A stretch of 64,000 nt of DNA from assembly GCA_001512545.1 (NCBI GenBank), contig LFSI01000084.1, positions 42,522 to 106,521 of the forward strand. Direction: 5' to 3'. A program made the position numbers and the translations under genes. Positions 36,735-47,307 of this stretch are shown piece by piece (positions within the stretch are counted from its first letter, which is position 1; every line of letters begins with the position of its first letter). This DNA comes from Clostridia bacterium DTU065 (GTDB lineage: Bacteria > Bacillota > DTU065). The notes below the pieces were generated by a model. It had not been told where the DNA came from. It ran no database searches and worked only from the letters and a program-made list of their open reading frames with translations.

Positions 36735-39332
36735 CTACCTCCTTTTTGCCTTCTCCACAAACCCGGCTAAAAGGTTCATAGCCTCAAGAGGCGTCAACCT
36801 GTTGACATCTACTTCCTTCAACTCAGAGACCAGCGGATCGTCATTGAGATCGAAAAGGGACATCTGCACCGGTTTTGGTTCTTTCTTCTTCGTATCCTTC
36901 TCGAGACCGACCAAAACCTCCCTTGCCCTTTGCAGAAGGTCGTCGGGAAGCCCGGCCAACCTTGCCACGTCGATCCCGTAGCTCTTGTCTGCCCCGCCTG
37001 CAATGATCTTTCTGAGAAAAAACACCTGCTTGCCCGAGTGCTGCACTGCAACCTGCAGGTTGAACACGCAGGGCAGGGTCTCCTCGATCTGAGTGAGCTC
37101 GTGATAGTGAGTGGCAAATATGGCTTTGCAGCCGATCCGATCGTGCAGGTACTCGGTAACGGCCCACGCGATACTGAGGCCGTCAAAGGTAGCGGTGCCC
37201 CGGCCAACCTCATCCAGGATAACCAAGCTCTTTTCAGTGGCGTTGTGCAGAATGTTTGCCACTTCCGTCATCTCCACCATAAACGTCGACTGACCTGACG
37301 CCAGATCGTCCGAAGCTCCAACTCTGGTGAAGATGCGGTCTACAAGGCCGATTCTGCACTTTTTCGCCGGCACAAAAGAGCCGATCTGCGCCATCAGGCA
37401 GATCAGGGCTACCTGTCGCATATAGGTCGATTTACCGGACATATTAGGTCCAGTAAGTATGGCAATCCGCTTGTCATCGTTGTCCAAATAGGTGTCGTTT
37501 GGTACAAACTCTCCCTGCGGTAGGTATTCCTCAACCACAGGGTGGCGACCTTCAACGATCTCCAGCTCATCACCGAGATAGACTTCCGGTTTGGTATAGT
37601 TCTTCTGCCTTGCCACTTCTGCAAGGGTAGTATAGATATCTAACTCCGTGATGATTTTCGCTACTTTTTGGATTCTCTCGATGTTTTGGGTAAGCCTTTC
37701 CCTTACCTCCACAAACAGCTCGTACTCCAGGGTTTTGATCTTTTCCTCAGCACCTAATACCTTGGCTTCGTACTCCTTTAGCTCAGGGGTGATGTACCTT
37801 TCGCCGTTTGCCAGTGTCTGTTTGCGTTCGTAGTCGTCGGGGACCATATCCAAATTGGCTTTGGTCACCTCAATGTAGTACCCAAACACCTTGTTAAAGC
37901 CTACTTTCAGCGACTTGATGCCGCTTCTTTCCCGCTCCTTCTGTTGGAGGTTGGCGATCCACTCTTTACCTCCAGCGGAGATCTCCCGCAAACTGTCCAG
38001 CTCCTGGTTGTAGTTTCTCTTGATAATGCCGCCTTCTGTGAGGGTAAACGGCGGATCGTCTACAACCGCTTCTTCGATGATCTCTGTAAGATCCTCCAGG
38101 GCGTCCAGCTCCTCAACTTCGGAAAGAACGGTTATCCCCGAAAGAAGCTCTTTAAGTTCGGGGAGTCTTTTGAAGGACTCCTTGAGAGACACCAGATCCC
38201 GAGCATTAGCGGTCCTGTACGCCAAGCGACCTGCAAGCCTTTCAAGGTCGAAAACCTTATCGAGAAGGCCGCGTACTCTGGCCCTGAGAAGGTCGTCGTT
38301 AAAAAAAGCTTCAACCCGATCCTGTCTGCTTTTTACAGCAGCAAGGTCGATTAAAGGCTGGGAAAGCCACCTCCGCAGACCTCTGCCTCCCATAGCGGTG
38401 ACTGTCTTGTCCAAAACGCCCAGAAGGGAACCCTGCTTTTTGTTCTCCCTCAAAGTGCTAAGTATTTCCAGATTGCGCTGGGTAGAAACGTCCAGCACCA
38501 TGTAGTCAGTAAGTGCGTAAGCTTGAATGCTCTTTATGTGCTCCAGGGCAATCTTCTGCGTGTCTTCCAAAAAGCTTAGAAGAGCCCCAGCTGCAGAAAT
38601 CAATGCAGGTTGATTTTCGATGCCGTAACCCATCAAGGTGGAAACACCGAAGTGTCTGGTCAAAGTCTGATAGCTGTTTCTTGCCACAAAAGCGTTTTCG
38701 TCTCTGCGTTCGTAGTGAATCCTTAAGCTGTCCAGCGTGTCCACTATGCTTTGAGCAAAGAAGTTCTCTGGGAAAATCACCTCTTTGGGACCTAGCCTGA
38801 GGAGCTCATCTCTAGCTTTAATCTCGGCCTTATCTCCCCGGATCTCGGTTCCCCGGAAATCCCCAGTGGTGACATCGGCAAAAGCGATGCCAAACGCATC
38901 GCCCTGTCCGAAAATCGCCGCTATATAATTGTTGGCTTTGTCTTCCAAAGCCTGGGGGATGGTGATAGTGCCAGGGGTCACTACCCTAGTTACATCCCTC
39001 TTCACCAGGCCTTTAGCTAGCTTAGGATCTTCAAGCTGGTCGCAGATGGCAACTTTATATCCGTTTTCCACCAGTGTTGCCAGATACCCCTCGACCGCAT
39101 GGTGCGGCACGCCGCACATGGGTAGGCGGCCAAGAGATCCTGCATCTCTACCGGTGAGAGTTATCTCCAAAACCTTGGACGCGATCTCCGCATCCTCACC
39201 AAACATTTCGTAGAAATCGCCTAGGCGAAACATCAGGATGCAATCTGGATATTTCATTTTAATCTGGTAGTACTGCCTCAGCATCGGCGTCATTTCGCTG
39301 ATGTCGATCAATTCAAGCTTGTCCAGACTCAT
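36735..39332 (-). CDS. mutS: DNA mismatch repair protein MutS
   Basis: 865 aa. The mismatch-binding N-terminus has TPMLRQYYQIK and GDFYE. The ABC ATPase block is ILTGPNMSGKSTYMRQVAL with DEVGRGT. Confidence 0.95.
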   Translation of the reverse strand: MSLDKLELIDISEMTPMLRQYYQIKMKYPDCILMFRLGDFYEMFGEDAEIASKVLEITLTGRDAGSLGRLPMCGVPHHAVEGYLATLVENGYKVAICDQLEDPKLAKGLVKRDVTRVVTPGTITIPQALEDKANNYIAAIFGQGDAFGIAFADVTTGDFRGTEIRGDKAEIKARDELLRLGPKEVIFPENFFAQSIVDTLDSLRIHYERRDENAFVARNSYQTLTRHFGVSTLMGYGIENQPALISAAGALLSFLEDTQKIALEHIKSIQAYALTDYMVLDVSTQRNLEILSTLRENKKQGSLLGVLDKTVTAMGGRGLRRWLSQPLIDLAAVKSRQDRVEAFFNDDLLRARVRGLLDKVFDLERLAGRLAYRTANARDLVSLKESFKRLPELKELLSGITVLSEVEELDALEDLTEIIEEAVVDDPPFTLTEGGIIKRNYNQELDSLREISAGGKEWIANLQQKERERSGIKSLKVGFNKVFGYYIEVTKANLDMVPDDYERKQTLANGERYITPELKEYEAKVLGAEEKIKTLEYELFVEVRERLTQNIERIQKVAKIITELDIYTTLAEVARQKNYTKPEVYLGDELEIVEGRHPVVEEYLPQGEFVPNDTYLDNDDKRIAILTGPNMSGKSTYMRQVALICLMAQIGSFVPAKKCRIGLVDRIFTRVGASDDLASGQSTFMVEMTEVANILHNATEKSLVILDEVGRGTATFDGLSIAWAVTEYLHDRIGCKAIFATHYHELTQIEETLPCVFNLQVAVQHSGKQVFFLRKIIAGGADKSYGIDVARLAGLPDDLLQRAREVLVGLEKDTKKKEPKPVQMSLFDLNDDPLVSELKEVDVNRLTPLEAMNLLAGFVEKAKRR

Positions 39333-39353
39333 CGTATCACCTCTTACCCAAAC

Positions 39354-39698
39354 CTACTGCCAATAAGGAGTTAGGTTCAGGGTGCTGTAGATCTTCTCTT
39401 CGTAATCTCTGGCAAAGACTTCCTCCCAGCTCTCAGGCAGCGGGAGCAGTTTGGCAAAGATCTTCTGCTCGAAATCCATGATCAAGCCCAGGTCGTCTAC
39501 ATCCAGGATCAGTTCAGCAGGAACGAGGAAAGTCTGCTCTCCACTGACAACTCCAAGGTACCTAACGGTGAAAGCGGGAACGTCTACAACCTGAAAGATG
39601 ATGGCTCCCAAAAGCTTTTTATCGAGGGAGAAAACATCCATACCCTCAATGTCGCACCGGGCTGTAAACAGAAGATCGCCGATTCTGACGTCGTCCAT
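39354..39698 (-). CDS. Hypothetical protein (114 aa), possibly a PRC-barrel-like fold
   Basis: A clean ORF tightly packed between miaB and mutS. The PRC-barrel guess rests on weak similarity only. Confidence 0.35.
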   Translation of the reverse strand: MDDVRIGDLLFTARCDIEGMDVFSLDKKLLGAIIFQVVDVPAFTVRYLGVVSGEQTFLVPAELILDVDDLGLIMDFEQKIFAKLLPLPESWEEVFARDYEEKIYSTLNLTPYWQ

Positions 39699-39704
39699 TC
39701 TCTT

Positions 39705-41024
39705 TTACTCCTTTAGCTTTCCTTCAAGTGAGGACAGTTTACCTGCAGTTACTTCAACCTGGACAGTCCTGCCGATAAGACCTACATCACCAGGGAAATT
39801 GATAGTTTTATTTGATCGGGTCTTACCCGTAAGCCTCGATGGGTCGGTTTTGCTAGTCCCTTCAACCAGCACTTCCACGGTACTTCCTACAATCTCCTGA
39901 TTGATCTCGCCGGAGATTCGGTTCTGCAGGTCGATCAACCGGTAGATGCGCTCTTTTTTAACTTCCTCATCGACCTGATCGGGCATCTCGGCCGCAGGCG
40001 TGCCTTTCCTCGGCGAATAGATGAACGTGAACGCCGAATCGTAGCGGACCTTCTCTACGATATCCAATGTCTGCAGGAAGTCTTCTTCTGTCTCTCCGGG
40101 AAAGCCCACAATGATGTCTGTTGTTAGGGCGATGCCGGGAACTGCGTCTCTGAGTTTTGCCACCAGCTCTAGGTACTGCTCTCGGGTGTACCGCCTGTTC
40201 ATCTTCTTCAAGATGCGATCGCTTCCGGCCTGAACAGGCAGATGCAGATGTTCGCAGAGCTTTGGCAGATTTTTGAACGCAGCGATCAGCCTGTCTGAAA
40301 GATCCTTGGGGTGGGACGTAGTAAAGCGGATGCGCTCTATTCCCTCCACTTCGTGAACCTTCTCCAAAAGCGCTGCAAAATCCAGCCCCAGGTCTTTGCC
40401 GTAGGAGTTGACGTTTTGGCCAAGAAGGGTTACCTCCTTGTACCCGTTTTGTGCCAGCTCCCTGACCTCACTGATAATGTTTTCGGGAGTGCGCGACTTC
40501 TCCCTGCCCCTCGTGTAGGGTACGATACAATAGGTGCAGAAGTTGTTGCAGCCGTAAGAGATGTTGACAAAGGCCTTCACACCTTGATCTCTCTTTGCTG
40601 GAAGCCCTTCTACGATCTCCTGTTTATCCTCCCAGACGTTGAGGACTCGCTGCCCCTCTTCGGCCTTCTCCAAAAGCTCCGGCAGCTCGTGAATGTTGTG
40701 GGTGCCGAACACCAGGCGGACTTGAGGGAGCTCGTTCTTGATGTACTCAAACTCAGCACCCTGCTGCACCATACAGCCGCAGATCCCGATAATCTTGCCA
40801 GAGTCCTCCTTGTACTGCTGAATCCTGCCGTACACCTTCCGTTCAGGATTCTCCCTAACCGAGCAGGTGTTGAACAAAAGCAGGTCGGCCTCATCGGGGT
40901 TGTCTGTTTCAATATATCCTAAGCTTTCTAAAATCCCTTTGATTGTCTCTGAATCTCGCACATTCATCTGGCAGCCAAAGGTTAGAATAGCAAACAATTT
41001 CACGGTCTTAGACAAACGCTTCAT
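39705..41024 (-). CDS. miaB: tRNA i6A37 methylthiotransferase MiaB (radical SAM)
   Basis: The MTTase N-domain has TFGCQMN, the radical-SAM motif is CNNFCTYC, and a C-terminal TRAM domain follows. The likely start is MKRLSK (41024). The tracked ORF runs to 41078. Confidence 0.9.
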   Translation of the reverse strand: MKRLSKTVKLFAILTFGCQMNVRDSETIKGILESLGYIETDNPDEADLLLFNTCSVRENPERKVYGRIQQYKEDSGKIIGICGCMVQQGAEFEYIKNELPQVRLVFGTHNIHELPELLEKAEEGQRVLNVWEDKQEIVEGLPAKRDQGVKAFVNISYGCNNFCTYCIVPYTRGREKSRTPENIISEVRELAQNGYKEVTLLGQNVNSYGKDLGLDFAALLEKVHEVEGIERIRFTTSHPKDLSDRLIAAFKNLPKLCEHLHLPVQAGSDRILKKMNRRYTREQYLELVAKLRDAVPGIALTTDIIVGFPGETEEDFLQTLDIVEKVRYDSAFTFIYSPRKGTPAAEMPDQVDEEVKKERIYRLIDLQNRISGEINQEIVGSTVEVLVEGTSKTDPSRLTGKTRSNKTINFPGDVGLIGRTVQVEVTAGKLSSLEGKLKE

Positions 41025-41343
41025 CTCCTTATTGCAGCTAAATACCTCTATCTTAGAATAGCTTATTTCCGAGGTCAAAACAACCTCCCAAAACCGCTCC
41101 CAAGAGAGCCTCTGCGCAGGCTGCAGTAGAAAGCGGCACTGTTATGCCATACCCCAAGAGTCCGGCACAACCTTGGGGTCTTTTACATCATATTCCCAGA
41201 TGTCTCTTGTAGAAAACTTCAGCATAGATAGCATTCCCAACAAGCGAACCGCTTTCTGCTGACTGCCTCACCGCAGAGCACCCCTCTGCATATCTTAGGA
41301 TTAAAGATTTTAACCGCAGTTAACTTTCTCTGGAGGGAATGAG

Positions 41344-41613
41344 ATGCAAACATATTGTCTGGATCGGATTCCCCTGAATCAGTCCGGCATTATTCTCTAT
41401 ATAGACAAAACCAGCAAAATCCGCCGCCGCCTTTTGGACCTTGGCTTTACCAAGGGCACCGAGGTTGCCGCGGTTTTCAGCTCTCCTTCGGGAAACCCCA
41501 AAGCCTATTATATTAGAGGAACGGTGATCGCCCTGAGGAACGAAGACGCAGCGGAAGTCAAAATCCAACTCTTGGGCTCTGGTGAGGGTAAGGAAAATGG
41601 GACTTACGCTTAG
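41344..41613 (+). CDS. feoA: Ferrous iron transport protein FeoA
   Basis: 89 aa SH3-like protein (LGFTKGTEVAAVFSSPSGNPKAYYIRGTVIALR). It overlaps the feoB start. Confidence 0.8.
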   Translation: MQTYCLDRIPLNQSGIILYIDKTSKIRRRLLDLGFTKGTEVAAVFSSPSGNPKAYYIRGTVIALRNEDAAEVKIQLLGSGEGKENGTYA

Positions 41614-43723
41614 CTCCACAGGTCTAGAGCTCCTCAAGTCGCAGGATCAAAATCCTAAGACCAGCGAAGGCACCGTCAAAGTGGCGCTTCTCGGCAATCC
41701 CAACACCGGAAAGAGCACAGTGTTCAACGCCCTGACGGGATTAAAGCAGCACACCGGAAACTGGCCGGGAAAGACCGTGGAGGTTGCAACAGGCAGGTTC
41801 TCCTTTGACGGAAAGGAGTTTCTTTTAGTTGACCTTCCGGGCACATACTCCATTTTCGCCGACTCCCCCGAGGAGGAGATTGCTCGGGACTTCCTTCTTT
41901 TCTCCAAACCCGACGTTACAGTGGTAGTAGTGGACGCGGCCTGCCTGGAAAGGAACCTCCAGCTTCTCCTTCAGGTAATAGAGATCTCCCCACGGACGGT
42001 GCTATGCGTCAATCTCATGGATGAAGCGGAAAAAATAGGTACAGCTCCAGATCTCCAAAAGCTCCAAGAACTCCTGAACATCCCCGTCGTGGGGACAGCT
42101 GCAAGAAGCGGACGCGGCATCGAAGCTCTTAAGGCGTCCATCACAAACGCTGCTCTGAAAACCGAAGACGACAGCCCGTTTTCGCCGACCTACAGCGAAA
42201 AGCTCGAAGAAGAGATCGGGATGAAAGTGTCACTCTTCGAGCAAACACCCCTTGATCCTCGAACGAAAAGGTGGATTGCGCTTAGGCTTCTAGACGGCGA
42301 CGCTACTCTCCTTGATAAGCTGAACCGCTTCCTCCCAGATGCCCTTTCTCCATCTTTGGTAGATAACCTTGCAAGAGTGGCAAGAGCCGAGCGAGATGCA
42401 GATGACACTAGAGAAGAGATCGTCTCCTCCATCTACCGAGAAGCCGAACGCATAGCAAAGCTTGTGGCAAAAGAACGGCAGCTTCCTCCTAGCAAGTTCA
42501 CCGCAGATAAGCTGATCACCTCGAAAGCTTTAGGCATTCCTATCATGCTGATTCTCTTAGCACTGGTTTTCTGGCTGACCATTGTGGGGGCAAACTACCC
42601 TTCCCAGCTGCTCTTTGCCGGTTTCAGCTTTTTAGAAGCTAAGCTCTACACCGTTCTCGGTACCCTAGCTCTTCCCCACTGGCTGGCAGATCTTCTCACC
42701 TATGGCGTCTTTCGCACCCTCTCATGGGTGGTGGCGGTGATGCTCCCGCCGATGGCCATCTTCTTTCCGCTCTTTACTCTCCTTGAAGACTGGGGTTTTC
42801 TTCCCCGCATAGCTTTCAATCTAGATGGCCTTTTTCGCAAGGCCGGTTCGCACGGGAAGCAGTCTCTGACCATGTGCATGGGTTTTGGCTGCAACGCAGC
42901 AGGAGTGGTTGCAACCCGAATCATTGACTCGCCTAGAGAGCGGCTCATTGCAGCTTTAACCAACAACTTCGTTCCCTGCAACGGGAGGTTTCCCACCTTG
43001 ATCCTGATGATTACCCTGTTTTTTACAGGTAGCGGGAGATTCTCATCGTTGCCGGGAGCATTACTCCTCCTCGTGGTGATTGTTGCCTCGGTCTTTACCA
43101 CCCTTCTCGTTTCAAAACTGCTGTCTAAAACAATCCTTCGAGGCATCCCTTCGGCGTTCTCTTTGGAACTGCCACCCTACAGGACGCCGCAGCTGACAAA
43201 GGTTTTGCTGAGGTCTCTTCTAGACCGAACTGCTTTCGTTTTAGCCAGGGCAGTTCTAGTTGCTGCCCCTGCAGGTGCAGTCATCTGGATCTTGGCAAAC
43301 ACCACCTTCGGCAGTTCTTCTCTACTACAGATGCTCGTAAGCTTCCTAGCTCCTCTAGGGCGTTTGATGGGTCTAGATGGGGCGATCCTCACAGGATTTG
43401 TGCTGGGCTTTCCTGCAAATGAGATCGTGCTTCCTGTAACCTACATGGCCTACCTGTCTGGAGGCACTCTCGTGGAGATGGAATCGCTTGCTGCCACTAG
43501 AGCACTGCTTGTGGCAAACGGCTGGTCTGTTAAAACAGCCCTCTGTTTGATGATCTTTTCCCTGAACCACTTCCCCTGCGGCACAACGCTTTTGACGATC
43601 AAGAAAGAAACGGGAAGTTGGAAATGGACCGCTTTGGCATTTATCATTCCCACACTAGTGGGTATTGTCGGCTGTATCCTGGTTGCACAGATCTACAACT
43701 TTTTCTCCTTTTTGTTGTTATAG
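41582..43723 (+). CDS. feoB: Ferrous iron transporter FeoB
   Basis: The G-domain has VALLGNPNTGKSTVFNALTG (G1) and DLPGTYS (G2/G3), followed by a polytopic permease. 713 aa. Confidence 0.9.
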   Translation: MRVRKMGLTLSSTGLELLKSQDQNPKTSEGTVKVALLGNPNTGKSTVFNALTGLKQHTGNWPGKTVEVATGRFSFDGKEFLLVDLPGTYSIFADSPEEEIARDFLLFSKPDVTVVVVDAACLERNLQLLLQVIEISPRTVLCVNLMDEAEKIGTAPDLQKLQELLNIPVVGTAARSGRGIEALKASITNAALKTEDDSPFSPTYSEKLEEEIGMKVSLFEQTPLDPRTKRWIALRLLDGDATLLDKLNRFLPDALSPSLVDNLARVARAERDADDTREEIVSSIYREAERIAKLVAKERQLPPSKFTADKLITSKALGIPIMLILLALVFWLTIVGANYPSQLLFAGFSFLEAKLYTVLGTLALPHWLADLLTYGVFRTLSWVVAVMLPPMAIFFPLFTLLEDWGFLPRIAFNLDGLFRKAGSHGKQSLTMCMGFGCNAAGVVATRIIDSPRERLIAALTNNFVPCNGRFPTLILMITLFFTGSGRFSSLPGALLLLVVIVASVFTTLLVSKLLSKTILRGIPSAFSLELPPYRTPQLTKVLLRSLLDRTAFVLARAVLVAAPAGAVIWILANTTFGSSSLLQMLVSFLAPLGRLMGLDGAILTGFVLGFPANEIVLPVTYMAYLSGGTLVEMESLAATRALLVANGWSVKTALCLMIFSLNHFPCGTTLLTIKKETGSWKWTALAFIIPTLVGIVGCILVAQIYNFFSFLLL

Positions 43724-43741
43724 GAGATCCCTAGAGATCTC

Positions 43742-44206
43742 CTATAACTTTTTCTCGTCAAGATACTCCCTCCACAGCCTGTGGTGATGCCTTAGAAATG
43801 CCGTAAGCTGCTCGAGCCGCTCTACGGTAGCCGGACTCAAGTAGTGCTCGATCATCTCCGTTTCCAAAAAACCGATCTCGCCGCTACCCAAAACAGCGAA
43901 GAACTCCTCGATGATTTCGTGTCTTTGGATGAGAAACTCACCGGTTTTTGCACCAAGGTCTGTGAGCTGGATCTTGCCGTAGGGCTCGTAGGTGACAAAA
44001 CCCAAACATGCCAAGCGCTGCACATTCTTGGTGATCGCCGAAGGACTCACGCTGAGCTCCTTTGCCAGGTCTGCCGGTTTCAAAAGCTCGCCACTTCTGG
44101 TTCTGCGGTAGATCATTTCCAGGTAGTCTTCGAGGCTGGCAGAAAGCTTCCCCTTACAGGACCTTGCGGTCTCAAAACCCCTAAACGTCTTAAACCTTTT
44201 CCCCAC
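43742..44206 (-). CDS. DtxR/MntR-family metal-dependent transcriptional regulator
   Basis: The ASLEDYLEMIYRRTRSGELLKPADLAKELSVSPSAITKNVQRLACLGFV HTH is followed by a metal-binding/dimerisation region. The likely start is the GTG at 44206. The tracked ORF extends to 44302 over a plus-strand promoter. Confidence 0.7.
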   Translation of the reverse strand: MGKRFKTFRGFETARSCKGKLSASLEDYLEMIYRRTRSGELLKPADLAKELSVSPSAITKNVQRLACLGFVTYEPYGKIQLTDLGAKTGEFLIQRHEIIEEFFAVLGSGEIGFLETEMIEHYLSPATVERLEQLTAFLRHHHRLWREYLDEKKL

Positions 44207-44342
44207 AGCAACCCCATCTTTCTTGTGGTATAATCTGGATGAAAAGCGATGTAACTCAGGAAACTTTTTCAAGCCGCATATTAATAGATATGCTAGAACC
44301 AAATGTTTCTCAAGTTATTTCTTTTGAGCAAAGGAGTGCGCC

Positions 44343-44750
44343 ATGGAAAAGCTATTTGGTATCTTCGCGTTTATCATGCTGCTTTTTGTTTTTTCGGCTC
44401 TGACCATTACCACAGAATACCTCACGCCGTTTGGGACCGTGACTGTTTCCGTTTCTCCGACGGTCTTTGAGTGGACGGTGTCTGTAAACGCCGACGACTA
44501 CCGCACCGAAAGTTATTTTGAGGTGCACAGCCCAGGCTTCTATGTTCTCGTTACCGACGGACACGCACCGAAAGGTCAGTTTACCGTCCGCATACTGTCT
44601 TCCTCCAACCGCGTGGTTTATGAAGCTCAAGCCGCTCACGTGCATCCGCAAAACAAGATCTATCTAGAGCCCGGACGCTACCTGATCAGCGTCACCTCAA
44701 AAAACGCCAAACACACCAGCTACACCATCTACCTCACTGGTGCAGACTGA
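44343..44750 (+). CDS. Hypothetical exported/membrane-anchored protein (135 aa)
   Basis: The N-terminal hydrophobic helix is LFGIFAFIMLLFVFSALTI. The SD AAAGGAGTG precedes the start, and an extended -10 promoter (TTGTGGTATAAT, 44222-44235) lies upstream. A tandem terminator follows. Confidence 0.45.
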   Translation: MEKLFGIFAFIMLLFVFSALTITTEYLTPFGTVTVSVSPTVFEWTVSVNADDYRTESYFEVHSPGFYVLVTDGHAPKGQFTVRILSSSNRVVYEAQAAHVHPQNKIYLEPGRYLISVTSKNAKHTSYTIYLTGAD

Positions 44751-44763
44751 CCCAGACTCATAT

Positions 44764-44820
44764 GGGAGTGTTGCAAGACTACTACACAAGTAGTTTAGCA
44801 ACACTCCCTTTCTACTATCT
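44764..44820 (+). terminator. Long-stem terminator
   Basis: GGGAGTGTTGCAAGACTACT-ACACA-AGTAGTTTAGCAACACTCCC, then TTTCTACTATCT. Confidence 0.55.
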
Positions 44821-44832
44821 CGACAAAAAAGA

Positions 44833-44877
44833 GGCTGCTGTACAATCGGCTAGTTGTGCAGCAGCCCTTTCTGTTTG
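44833..44877 (+). repeat. Hairpin/terminator element, copy A (GGCTGCTGTACAA...TTGTGCAGCAGCC-CTTTCTGTTTG)
   Basis: A 13-bp stem plus a T-rich tail. A close relative sits at 47308-47357. Confidence 0.5.
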
Positions 44878-45129
44878 CACGCTTTGAGCCTTTAGGTACA
44901 GGTGCACGCACAACGCTTTTAAACTGAACTCTGTTATGACAAGAATGTACCATCTTCTTCTGCCTGCTGTCTTCCTAGTCTTTGCACGCCTGGAATATTA
45001 TTGAACCACGAAGACATACTATTGATTAGGGAAAAAGATAGTGGAGGTGCGTAAAATGGGAGATTCTCGCACAAATCTTGCTAGTACTTCAAAAAATGTT
45101 ACCATATAACTAACAAGGAGGCTGCTCTT

Positions 45130-46414
45130 ATGTTAATTGAGTACACGGTTAAGAACTTCAGATCTTTTAGGGATGAAGTTGTTCTTTCGATGGTTGCAGA
45201 TAAGAACAGGGAGTTAGCAGATACAAACACATTCCAAGTCGGAGACACGAACTTACTAAAGGTTGCTGCTCTGTACGGAAGCAACGCAAGCGGGAAATCG
45301 AATTTGATAGAGTCGTTTAGATTTTTCGGCTTTCTTTTTCGCCCTGGAGCAATTACTAAAAAAACCCTTTCCGATTTGCCGTATTTTAGGCTTAACGCAG
45401 AGGGTAAGGACAAACCCATATCGTACGAGATCTCGTTTTTTCTTAATGGTGTTCGTTACCGTTATGGCATTGAGGTCGACAGTGACGGCATATGTTCAGA
45501 ATGGTTGTATTTTGTTCCAAAGAGGCAAGAAGCATGCTACTTTGAAAGAGATCGAGACCAAATAACTCGCACCGGGACATACTTCAAAGACAAAAAAGCA
45601 TTGCAGTATATAAAACCCGATTCAACAAGACCGTTCTTGTTTACCCTCGCACAGGACTCTGTTAGGAAGTTCGATTGGGCAAAGAGTATTGTGGACTACT
45701 TCTGGTTCTACATCAGGTCAAGTGACATGCCAGAAACATTCTTCAAAAACATGATGGATGACGAGATTGCTTGCAAGTCTGATTCGGGCATCATCTCCAA
45801 GGACGAAGTAGTGTCTTATTTGAGATTGGCAGATTCCGGTATTACAGATGTTTCAGTAATAGAAAAAAACGCAGAAGATGACGAGCTTATCGAACAGCTA
45901 ACTGAGTTTGTGAAGCAACGAGGTGCAAAAATTGAGTTTGAGAGAGAGATGGGAGACGTTTTTCCATCATGCTAAATACGACAATGACAAGCTAGTTGGA
46001 GATGAGAAGTTCCCGTTGCGTGCAGAATCGAGGGGAACATTTAAATTATACTGTATGCTCTACCCGATACTCTGCGTGCTGAAAAAGGGTGGAGTTCTTT
46101 TGGTAGATGAAATTGAAAGTTCACTGCATCCGCTTTTGTGCGAGAAGATAGTACAGGTTTTTAACAGTTCAAAAACTAATCCACGTAACGCGCAATTGCT
46201 CTTCACCACTCACAACACTTTCCTGATGAATCGTCATCTATTGAGAAGAGACCAGATCTATTTCGTTGAGAAAGATGACTATGGAGCAAGCGATTTGTAC
46301 AGCTTATACGATGTTGACCTAGACATTCGCAGTAACTTCAACTATGAAGACAACTATCTTGCAGGGCGCTTCGGTGCTATACCGTATGTAAGCGATTTCT
46401 GTTCAACTAAATAA
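45130..46414 (+). pseudogene. AAA_21/ABC-type ATPase of an AbiL/RloA-like defence pair, split by a +1 frameshift
   Basis: ORF 45130-45975 carries Walker A (LYGSNASGKSNLIES). ORF 45923-46414, in the +1 frame, carries the signature-like SRGTFKL, Walker B (VLLVDEIESSLHP) and the H-loop (LFTTHN). The 53-nt overlap contains a GAGAGAGAGA tract at 45940-45949. Confidence 0.6.
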
Positions 46415-46431
46415 ATGGATGGGGGATTGCT

Positions 46432-47052
46432 TTGGCTAAAGGGCGCAGAACATCCAGTTATCGGAGAAGAAAAAGAGGCATCCGCCCCAATCCATTTTTC
46501 ATCATAGTCTGTGAAGGTGAAGTTACGGAACCTGATTACTTTAAGTCATTTCCATATTCATGCAAACTTGGTTATAGCTATGTTCATGGAACGGTCCACA
46601 TTGTCTCCGGGGCGGGGCAACATGAAAAAGTAGTTGTAAAGGCCGACGAGGTTTGGCGGAAACTCAAAAAGGAGTATGGGGCGATTAGTTCGAACGAAGT
46701 ATGGTGCGTTTTCGACTGTGACGGAAATACGGATAGCCTTAACCGAGCAATTAAAGCTGCAGAGTCTAAAGGCTTCAACGCAATTTACTCGATACAATGC
46801 TTTGAGTTATGGTTTTTATTGCATTTTCAACCACTCACAACGGCTATAGATAGAAAAGACTATGACAGACGACTGAGTAACCACTTGGGGATCAACTACG
46901 AACACGGAATGAAGGGGATGTACCATCTCTTGCAGAACCGTCAGGAAGATGCCATTAGAGCTGCCAAGCAGCTGTGGGAGCAGAAAGCAGAGCTTGGTGA
47001 ACTCACTGGTGATCCTATTACAAATGTGTTCATGCTTGTTGAGGCATTATGA
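46432..47052 (+). CDS. RloB-family (Toprim/OLD-like) protein, partner of the ATPase (AbiLii-like)
   Basis: The N-terminal FIIVCEGEVTEPDYFKSF is the RloB hallmark. A later VFDCDGNTD block is present. 206 aa, 17 nt after the ATPase stop. Confidence 0.7.
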   Translation: MAKGRRTSSYRRRKRGIRPNPFFIIVCEGEVTEPDYFKSFPYSCKLGYSYVHGTVHIVSGAGQHEKVVVKADEVWRKLKKEYGAISSNEVWCVFDCDGNTDSLNRAIKAAESKGFNAIYSIQCFELWFLLHFQPLTTAIDRKDYDRRLSNHLGINYEHGMKGMYHLLQNRQEDAIRAAKQLWEQKAELGELTGDPITNVFMLVEAL

Positions 47053-47262
47053 TGCTCATCGCAACCTTAAAAACAGAAGATGATTCGAATCGGTTCTTAA
47101 TCGGTTTTGGGTTGACAAGCGAGAGACTTTGTTAATTTGCTATGTTTTCAGCTCCAAAACACGCAGCCTAAGCAGAATTCTGGCATACCGCTGCTGTCTA
47201 GATCCTACCAAAGTCTTAGTAGAATGAAAAACGCTGTCTTAGTTTATTAACAAGCTTTTTTG

Positions 47263-47295
47263 CGACGAGCCTTCTTTGGCTCGTTTCTTTTTGTG
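47263..47295 (+). terminator. Terminator
   Basis: GACGAGCC-TTCTTTG-GCTCGT, followed by TTCTTTTTGT. Confidence 0.45.
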
Positions 47296-47307
47296 CTTAC
47301 AAACAAA

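Noticed and set aside
41320-41637. 105-aa minus-strand ORF overlapping feoA
   Set aside because: It is antisense to a well-supported feoA/feoB start region and lies in the divergent promoter. No homology pattern was recognised.
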